Assembly (NCBI GenBank): GCA_951406725.2
Contig: OX597817.1
Location: forward strand, 160,456,001-160,520,000
Reading direction: 5' to 3'
DNA from: Octopus vulgaris
Lineage: Eukaryota
Length of the DNA: 64,000 bases
Position numbers and translations under genes: made by a program. The notes under the pieces are model-generated. The model was not told the origin of the DNA. It saw only the letters and a program-made list of their open reading frames with translations, and did no database searches. Of this stretch, positions 55,770 to 64,000 are shown piece after piece; within the stretch, counting starts at the first letter, position 1; every line of letters starts with the position of its first letter.

Positions 55770-57560
55770 TTGTACGAAAAGGAAGTGTAAAAACATAATA
55801 CTTGATACTGAACATGATGTGTTATAAAGGCTTGATGCAGGAGAAAAATAATTAGCCTCATTAAACTTTAAAGACTGCAACTTCTACAATACATGACGAC
55901 AGAGAAAAAAAATTAAGTCAAGTAGTTCACGAAATTACTTCGTTAACTGCTGGAGTTTTGATTGTTTTGTTTTTTTTTTTCATCTTTTTCATAGATCTAA
56001 TATGATGCTTAAAATGGTACGGTTCAAGGATCAGACTCGACGTAATGCACCGATAAGCACGATGGCAATAATTAAAAAAAGAAACTAGAAGTTTCAATGG
56101 CGAATTGCAGAAAAGGGAAGGTAAAACGTATAAATAAAAGCCGTTTACTGGATGATGATAAAGGTTGGTTTGAAAGGTTCGAATTTGCATAACAAAAATG
56201 ATTGATGAAGTCGCTAGTGCTGCTACTAATTATTCTAAATAGCTGTAAAAAAAAATTATTGCTGAAGGGGGCAACACAGCAGAGCAAGTGTACAATGAAG
56301 ATAAAGTTGAACTTTTATAGCTCATCCCTAACTTTTGTTTCCCCGGAATACAAATAAGTACTAGGATTCAAAGCTTCCAAAATTCGTCTGACGTTCTTTT
56401 GAGAGGAAATGTCTTTGGTGATATGGTATTAGATCACCTATTCGTGTAGCACTCCGGAAATCCAAAGGATTTCAAAGGCCACACAATGTTTAATTTGCCT
56501 CTGAATTGACGCTCGAATAAGAAAGCAAGGAATGGCTAAGAACGTTTTCGAAGAGTGGTTTACAAGTATTTTTTTGTCTTGTAGAATGGTACGACAAAGC
56601 ATTGATTATTTTTTAAACAATGCAGCTAGCCGCCCAATGAACTTAAATGAGCTTTCTGATAATGCGATAGTAAAATATATCCCTAAGAGTAAGGTGGCAA
56701 GCTGGCAGAAACGTTAGCACGCCGGGCGAAATGCGTAGCTTTATTTCGTCTGCCGTTACGTTCTGAGTTCAAATTCCGCCGAGGTCGACTTTGCCTTTCA
56801 TCCTTTCGGGGGTCGATAAATTAAGTACCAGTTACGCACTGGGGTCGATGTAATCGACTTAATCCGTTTGTCTGTCCTTGTTTGTCCCCTCTATGTTTAG
56901 CCCCTTGTGGGTAGTAAAGAAACATATATCCCCAAGAGTACGCCTTCTTTGCTCCAGCTAAATGATCAGTTTGAAATGGCTAACCATAAGGTATATTATT
57001 TGACATCAACTTATGAAAGCTATTGATAAGGCGGACAACTGATAGAGATGGTAACTTATGAAAAATGTTTAACAATGAATGCTGTGTATAACATGTCTAG
57101 ATCATGGGGTGAAATTAAACCCTCAGCTTTGCATGGTGCTTGGAAAACTATATGACTAGACTGTATCCATGACTTTACAAATTTTCCACAATCAGAAAGT
57201 TTTTGTTAAACTCAGAAAGAAATTGTGACTCTTGCAAATGATTTAAGGTTTAAAGAAGTCATACAATATGATGCGGTTTGGTTACTAGTGTCCCATAGAG
57301 AAAGTTTATCTAACGAGGAACGGATGATATTAGAACAAGAGCCAGCTCAGAATACAGATCCGGAAATTCCAACGCCTCCACTTAAATTGAATGCAAAGAA
57401 TATTGCAAACATTTTGGCACTTATCGAGGAAAGCCTGAAAGTTTTGCTGATAATAACACTTATAAATGTAACTTAAAACTTATAAGAAGAGTTTAAAATA
57501 AGCTAACTTTCTACACTGAACTGTACAAAGAGATGATACGCAACAAACATCACACAATTT
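55770..57560 (+). pseudogene. Decayed pogo/Tigger (CENP-B-like) transposase, interrupted by SINE A
   Basis: Fragments RLDAGEK, KGWFERF, EQVYNED (QVFN.DETG), KASKIRLT, SNKKA..W, FEEWF, NAASRP (DNAP.HP), YIPKS|TPSLLQLNDQ (LP.NTTSLLQP.DQG); many stops and frameshifts. Confidence 0.8.
56692..56922 (+). mobile_element. SINE family A monomer in the pogo remnant
   Basis: TSD ATATATCCCTAAGAGT / ATATATCCCCAAGAGT. Confidence 0.92.
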
Positions 57561-57889
57561 TATATCTTCACTCCGCAAAGCAGATGTTGAACGATGGTTG
57601 ATGATGCATATAATTTATTCTTTTTTTTCCCGAAAATATCCGACGGATCGTATTAGCACTTAATAACACGAAAATCGATGTGAAATTTTGTTTCACGTTA
57701 CGGCAGTTTTTTTTTTTTTAGAAACTCATTATACGTGTAATGCAGTGGATTGCTGTATATACATGCATATCTGTGTGTGTGTGTGTGTAGAAACAAACAA
57801 ACAAGATGATACGCAATATCAGGATGGGCTTGATATATATATATATTTATACACACACACAAACACACACACGCAAACACAAACACACA

Positions 57890-58300
57890 GATGCTCAACC
57901 GCTTCATCCAATTGCAACAACGACGCCTCCGTTGACTAGGAACACCACATGTCAGATGGGAGAGGCCCAAAAGACCTATTGCATAGTGAACCGGCCACTG
58001 GTAAAAAAACACATATTACTTCCATCTTCGTTTCAAAGATGTCTGCAAGAAGGACATGAAATCTCCTTTTATGTGAACATTGAACAGTGAGACAACATTG
58101 GAGGTTAGAAGTTGACAAGGCTTTAAAAAGAGAAGAGAAGCTCGGATTTGTTGTTGACAGACAACGCTTTCAATCACTGCAACTGGAACTTTAATCACAT
58201 GTTTTACGGTCACAGCAGATACTGCCTCGCCATTAAGACCACAAGACTTCTCATAAACCATAAATCATCCGTGGTTTCACGAGACTAACGGGTGCCTCCT
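57890..58300 (+). mobile_element. Decayed RTE-clade LINE 3' end
   Basis: LQQRRLR*LG, MSDGRGPKDLLHSEPATGK, RFKDVCKKDM fit RTE ORF C-terminal motifs. Confidence 0.75.
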
Positions 58301-58314
58301 CCATATGTACGCAT

Positions 58315-58737
58315 ACTTGTTTCAGTCATTAGACTGCGGCCGTGCTGGGGCACCAACTTGAAGAATTTTAGTCGAATATATCGACCCCGGTATATTTTTT
58401 AATGGATGGTACTTATTCTATCGAGTTCTTTTACCGACCGAACCGCTAAGTTATGCGGACGTAAACACACCCGCACCGGATGTGGTGGAGGAACAGACAC
58501 AGACACAAAGACACACACGTACACACACAAACACGCACGCACACATACACACACAAACACGCACACACATACACACATATACGACAGGCTTCTTTCAGTT
58601 TCCGTCTACCAAATCCACTCACAAGGCTTTGGTCGGTCCGAAGCTATAGTAGAAGACATCTAAGGTACTAAGCTGTGGGACTGAACCCGGAACCATATGG
58701 TTGGGAAGCAAGCTTCTTACTTCACAGCCACGCCTGC
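58315..58737 (-). mobile_element. Older SINE family B copy
   Basis: Diverged reverse-complement copy. Confidence 0.8.
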
Positions 58738-59029
58738 GTTTATATGTATATATATATATATATTTAGACGTAGGACTCCGGCCATGCTGGAGCAACTGAA
58801 CTTTACTAGAAAGGTAAGGTTCGGTCGAACACACCAGTTCCCGGTATTTATTTTATTGTTCACTTTTGCAGAACCACTAAGTTAGAGGGATGTAAGCAAA
58901 CCAACAACGATGTGTAAAGCGGTGGGATGACAGACACAAACACAAAGATATACACGCACCTACATATTCATACAAATACACATTAAGGGAACAACCGGCT
59001 CGAGAAATTGAATGCGGGCTGTTAAACAT

Positions 59030-59253
59030 TAAACAGACACGCGTAACCTTAACGTAGTTCTCAGGGAGATTCGGGGTGACACAGAATGTGAGAAGGCTGG
59101 CCCTTTTGAATTACAACTCATTTTTGCCGGTTGAGTAGACAGAAGCAACGCGAAATAAAGTGTTTTGCTTAAGGACACAACGCGCCGACGGGAATCGAAC
59201 TTATAACGTTATGATCGTGAGCCGAATACCCTGACCACTAAGCCACGCGCTTT
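59030..59253 (-). mobile_element. SINE with a different tRNA-like head sharing family C tail i
   Basis: Minus strand TGGCTTAGTGG..GTTCGATTCC, GTGTCCTTAAGCAA.., then GGGCCAGCCTT..GAGAACTACGTTAAGG. Confidence 0.7.
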
Positions 59254-59319
59254 CACATGAGATTGTAAAGCAGGCTTCTTAATCACAAACAACCATGCAT
59301 GCGTGATATATATATATAT

Positions 59320-59506
59320 ATTTCTTTACTACCCACAAGGGGCTAAACACAGAGGGGACAAACTAGGACAGACATAGGTATTAAGTCGATTACATCGACT
59401 CCAGTGCGTAACTGGTACTTAATTTATCGACCCCGAAAGGATGAAAGGCAAAGTCGACCTCGGCGGAATTTGAACTCACAACGTAAAGACAGACGAAATA
59501 CGGCTA

Positions 59507-59510
<4 letters not shown>
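59320..59510 (-). mobile_element. SINE family A body, headless, inside (TA)n
   Basis: Match to family A unit; flanking CCA..CATGCGTGATATATA-like sequence partly duplicated. Confidence 0.85.
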
Positions 59511-59560
<50 letters not shown>

Positions 59561-59602
59561 GAAACATAAATATAGTTTCATTTCCAACAATCTATTTATA
59601 TG

Positions 59603-59650
<48 letters not shown>

Positions 59651-60246
59651 GCTGGAGCACCACCTTTGGTCGTACAAATCAATCCCAGGTCTTATTCTTT
59701 GTAAGCCTAGTACTTAATCCATACACACACACATACACATGTGTGTGTGTGTGTATGTATGTACTTCAGTGTCGGTGTTTGCCCCCCCCCCACCATCGCT
59801 GGACAACCAATGTTGGTGTGTTTACGTCCTCGTTAATTAGCGGTTCGGAAAAAGAGACCGATGGATTAAGTACTAGGCTTACAAAGAATAAGTCCTGGGG
59901 TTGGTTTGTTCGAGCAAAGGCGGTGCTCCAGCATAGCCGCAGTCAAATAACTGAAACAAGTAAAAGAATAAAAGAACATACATATAGTTTCGTTTCCAAC
60001 AATCTATTTCTTTAGGAAAAATTTGTGCTTTTTTTAAATAGTGACCCTTTTATTTAGCGTTTCCTGTGTCGAATGCTACGCTTAACCCCTTGAAATATTA
60101 TCCCGTATATTTCTGCTCAGAGCTGTCTTGTAAATAAATATTTGAACGAAAATATACGTTCACTGTACTCTGAGGTATCTATCACTTATTTCTAACTCAA
60201 AATACTTCGTTCATGATGTTATTCCTATTTTCTATCATTTTTGTGT

Positions 60247-60540
60247 AGGCACATGCCCTAGTGGTTAGAGCAGCGGACTCGTGGTTGAGAGATCGTGGGT
60301 TCGAATCTCAGACCGGAAGATGTGTGTGTTTATGAGTGAAACACCTAAGCTCCACGCGGCTCCGACAGAAGGTAATGGCGAACTTCTGCTGACTCTTTCG
60401 CCACAACTTTCTCTCACTCTTTCCTCCTGCATCTTGCAGCTCACCTGCGACGGACCGGCGTCCCGTCCAGGTGGGGAACCTATACGCCAATGAAACCGGG
60501 AAACGGCCTTTATGAGCCAGGCATGGCTCAAGAAATAAAT
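60247..60540 (+). mobile_element. SINE family C-related, tail type iii
   Basis: Matches 42118-42405. Confidence 0.85.
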
Positions 60541-60621
60541 AACAACTATCATTCCTATCAGTAACCTTATTATAAATCAAAACTGATCCAAAATAATGTG
60601 TACTTATTCTTCCTTATATAT

Positions 60622-60860
60622 ACTCTCTCTTTTACTTGTTTCAGTCATTTGACTGTGGCCATTCTGGAGCACCACCTTTAGTCGAGCAAATCAACCCCAG
60701 GACTTATTCTTTGTAAGCCTAGTACTTATTTTATCTGTCTCTTTTTGCCGAACCGCTAAATTACGGGGTAAGTAAACACACCAGCATCGGTTGTCAAGCG
60801 ATGTTGGGGGGGGGGGGCACAAACAGACACAAACATATACACAAGCACACTTGTTTGGAT

Positions 60861-60952
<92 letters not shown>

Positions 60953-61090
60953 CGCCGGGCTTATTTCAGTTTCCGTCTACCAAATCCACTCACAAGACTT
61001 TGGTCGGCCCGAGGCTATAGTAGAAGAGGTGCCACGCATTGGGACTGAACCCGGAGGTATGTGGTTGGTAAACAAGCTGCTTACCACACA
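60622..61090 (-). mobile_element. SINE family B
   Basis: Reverse-complement copy with long internal (TA)n. Confidence 0.88.
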
Positions 61091-61289
61091 TTCAAAATTT
61101 AAAAAAAAATTTTTTCATGGAAATTGAAAGAAAATGTCTATGTTAAGAGGTTAAATGTGTGATTAAATGTCGTGTCGTGTTTAGTTACGGCCCTTTACGT
61201 TCTGATTTCGAATCCTGCAAGACTTAATTTTTTTTTTTTTTTTTCTAGTTTCAGCTCAGAGCTGCGGCCATGCTGATGCACCGCCGTTT

Positions 61290-61294
61290 AAAAA
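61290..61294 (-). terminator. Pol III terminator (T5) of tRNA-Gln
   Basis: TTTTT about 16 nt downstream of the tRNA on the minus strand. Confidence 0.7.
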
Positions 61295-61310
61295 TGAAGA
61301 AGCGATAATT

Positions 61311-61382
61311 AGGTTCTACCGAGATTTGAACTCGGATCGCTGGATTCAGAGTCCAGAGTGCTAACCATTACACCATAGAACC
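61311..61382 (-). tRNA. tRNA-Gln (anticodon CTG)
   Basis: GGTTCTATGGTGTAATGGTTAGCACTCTGGACTCTGAATCCAGCGATCCGAGTTCAAATCTCGGTAGAACCT: 72 nt, perfect acceptor stem GGTTCTA/TAGAACC, anticodon stem CTGGA/TCCAG, intact A and B boxes. Confidence 0.97.
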
Positions 61383-61469
61383 TTCCCCAATTGTTCATTT
61401 TATTTTACGAGGGTTAATGAAATTATATGCTTTGTAATTGTGGTTGATTTCATCAGCAGGTCTCCCTTC

Positions 61470-61527
<58 letters not shown>

Positions 61528-62130
61528 GAATCGTTGCCAATATAGAACAAGATTTTTATTGCTGCAGTTGTTTTGTTTCTTTTCTTTCTTCTTTCTTTTT
61601 TTTTTTGCTTTTGTTTTTGCTTTTGTTTTTGCTTTTGTTTTTATCGTTGCATCTGTTGCCGATAGCTACACTGCTGCTGTCGTTGCCGCTGTCGCGTTAT
61701 TGTTGCTATTGGTCGTTGTAAGTTGCTGTTGATTACAAGCGTTGTTTCTTTTCCCGTTCATTTGCAACAGCTGTTGTTCTCATTGTTGCTGTTGCTATTA
61801 CTTGTGTTTGTGTAATTAAAAGCCATTTTTATTTGTTTAGTATTGACGACCGCATGCTATATAAGAGTCGGTGTGTGAGTGCACGCACGCATGAGTGTAT
61901 ATATGTATGTATGGGGGGATTATAATCAGTTAATATTCGCAAGTACGTGTCATTCCTTTCTTCTCTTCTACTTTTGATACTCCGCACCTTTTTAATGATA
62001 ATACTGCACAAGATACATCAACGCATCGCCATATTAAACAATAAACACAAAGGACTTCATAAAAATTAGGGCTGATCGCATACCGTGTCCTCTTCGACCA
62101 AGGCGCCATCGACTTTTTCTAAAATTCCAT

Positions 62131-62433
62131 TTAGTTAGTTAGTTAGTTAGTTAATTTGGCTCAAAAGCAAATAGCAAGGCCATGTAGGGGGACATGGAGT
62201 TAAGTACAGGGTGGTGTTCATGTAAAGAGTTCAGGCCACTTGAGGTTAAGGGAGACTTTGAACAAAGCGGTCGTCGGCATCTTCACCATCTCGTCTGGCA
62301 GCTTGTTCCACGGATTCGCAACCCGGACGGAGAAAGCTCCTCTCCTTCGATTGAGATGAAATCGTCGCAGGTAGAGCTTTTCGGAATGACCCCGCAGCCG
62401 ACGCTCTGGAGCAGGAGTGAAGAACAGCTCTGA
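62131..62433 (-). mobile_element. 5'-truncated CR1/L2-like LINE 3' end with (TAAC)n tail
   Basis: Open frame ELFFTPAPERRLRGHSEKLYLRRFHLNRRRGAFSVRVANPWNKLPDEMVKMPTTALFKVSLNLKWPELFT* (RGH..KL, FS.RV..WN.LP motifs), then 3' UTR and TAAC repeats. Confidence 0.85.
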
Positions 62434-62774
62434 AAGATGACGGTGATCCGCTTCTCCACTCCCACATCGCCAGAAAACTTGTTGAAAGGTGAGTGCAGGG
62501 CCGGATTAAGATCCATAGAGGCCCTAAGCACTTAAAAGATTTTGGTACCCCCATATATATATATGAAATTAAAAATATGAATGCTCTTTACTCTTTTACT
62601 TGTTTCAGTCATTTGACTGCGGCCATGCTGGAGCACCGCCTTTAGTCGAGCAATACAATTTCAGTTTTAGATTCATTGAACTGAAATGACGAAAAGTAGG
62701 AGTCACTCGACTAACACGTGTAATCTACTCTCTTATTGGTGTCGATAAGTGTACCGCAATGTATTTTTATAATT

Positions 62775-63360
62775 TTGTGTAGTAGTGTCATGGTGGTAGT
62801 TGTGGTGGTGATGGTGGTGCTTTTGGCGGTAGCTATGGTAGTAGTGGTGGTGGTGGTGGCGGTAGTGGTGGTGATGGTAGTAGTGGTAGTATTGGTGTTG
62901 GTGTTGGAGCTATATGTTGTGGTAGTGGAGATGGTATTGGTAGTGGTATTTATTGTGGTGATGGTGGTAGTGGTGGTGGTGGTTGAAGAGGTAGTATTGG
63001 TGTTGGTGTTGGAGCTATATGTTGTGGTAGTGGAGATGGTATTGGTAGTGGTATTTATTGTGGTGATGGTGGTAGTGGTGGTGGTGGTGGTGGTGGTTGA
63101 AGAGGTAGTATTGGTGTTGGTGTTGGAGCTATATGTTGTGGTAGTGGAGATGGTATTTGTACTGGTATTTATTGTGGTGATGGTGGTAGTGGTAGTGGTG
63201 GTGGTGGCAGTTGTGGTGGTGGTGGTGGTGGTGATGGTGGTGGTGGCAAAGATGGTACTAGCGATGGGGTATGGCAGTAATGGTAGTGGCGGTGGTGATG
63301 GTACTGGTGATGGTGGTGAGGTCATTGATGCTATTGGTGCTGCTGCTGTTGCTGCTGCTG
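62775..63360. repeat. (GGT/AGT)n compound repeat with a unit of about 102-117 bp, 3 copies
   Basis: GTATTGGTGTTGGTGTTGGAGCTATATGTTGTGGTAGTGGAGATGGTATT occurs three times. Confidence 0.88.
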
Positions 63361-63742
63361 TTTGTTTGTTTGTTTGTTGAGCGAAGCGGTCTTCGTCCCA
63401 GAGTGGGAGAAGTCCGAAACGTGGTCCTTTGCTATTCGTAAGACCCGCAGAAGAGAAAGCAGGTCAACCCCCGACACCCAGAGCATCGACGGATGGATGA
63501 ATGCGCATCCAGGCTCAGCGGTTGCCTAGGAAGTCGGGGATATAAGAAACAGGAAGAAAGAGTGAGAGAAAGTTGGAGCGAAAGAGTACAACAGGGGTCG
63601 CCACCCCACCCCCCTGTCGGAGCCTCGTGGAGCTTTAGGTGTTTTCGCTCAATAAACACACACAACGCCCGGTCTGGGAATCGAAACCGCGACCCTCCGA
63701 CCGTGAGTCCGCTGCCCTAACCACTGGGCCATTGCGCCTCCA
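63361..63742 (-). mobile_element. SINE family C, tail type iv, (CAAA)n end
   Basis: Family C head at about 63742-63545 followed by a GC-rich tail seen nowhere else in the window. Confidence 0.8.
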
Positions 63743-64000
63743 CTGCTGCTGCTGTTGCCATTGCTGCTGCTACAGTTGGTGTAGGTGGTTGTGGTGTTGT
63801 AGTGTTTGTTTTACAGTTTTGCTGCAGCTGTTGTTTAATGAATAAACCCGAGATCAAGGTTTTCCAACCATGATAAACTTCTCTTTTCTTCGAAATTATC
63901 AAATGTGTCCTATTTCTTGAAAGACAATAGCGTGTAATTCGAGGGATACTTAGCTGCTCTTTAAGCAGGTTGATCAAACGCCTACAAGCTCTCTCATTGC

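Noticed and set aside
62711-63380. Thr-rich mucin-like ORF (minus) and Val-rich ORF (plus)
   Set aside because: Both strands are open because of the GGT/AGT repeat; no signal peptide or clear splice context. It cannot be fully excluded without RNA data.

Overview
AT-rich eukaryotic non-coding DNA, dense in microsatellites. The SINE repertoire, microsatellite load and transposon mix suggest a coleoid cephalopod, probably Octopus (inference from recalled repeat style, not a database hit). I cannot support any intact protein-coding gene: nearly all listed ORFs are translated microsatellites or SINE text. The one clear gene is an intact tRNA-Gln(CTG) at 61311-61382 (-). The rest is layered mobile DNA: at least three tRNA-derived SINE families (working labels A, B, C), non-autonomous Helitrons, Tc1/mariner/pogo MITEs, GG-ended MITEs with 8-bp TSDs and internal TTAGGG, decayed MULE, hAT and pogo/Tigger transposases, and 3' fragments of RTE, CR1/L2-like and R4/Dong LINEs. 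The most notable signal is a set of minimal type I hammerhead-ribozyme cores of the Penelope type, one near-intact and sitting behind a tRNA-like head at 33840-34102. Also notable: SINE A multimers with a fixed junction, tail swapping in SINE C, and a 76-bp-periodic E-box array. Coordinates were read by eye, so repeat edges may be off by a few bases.
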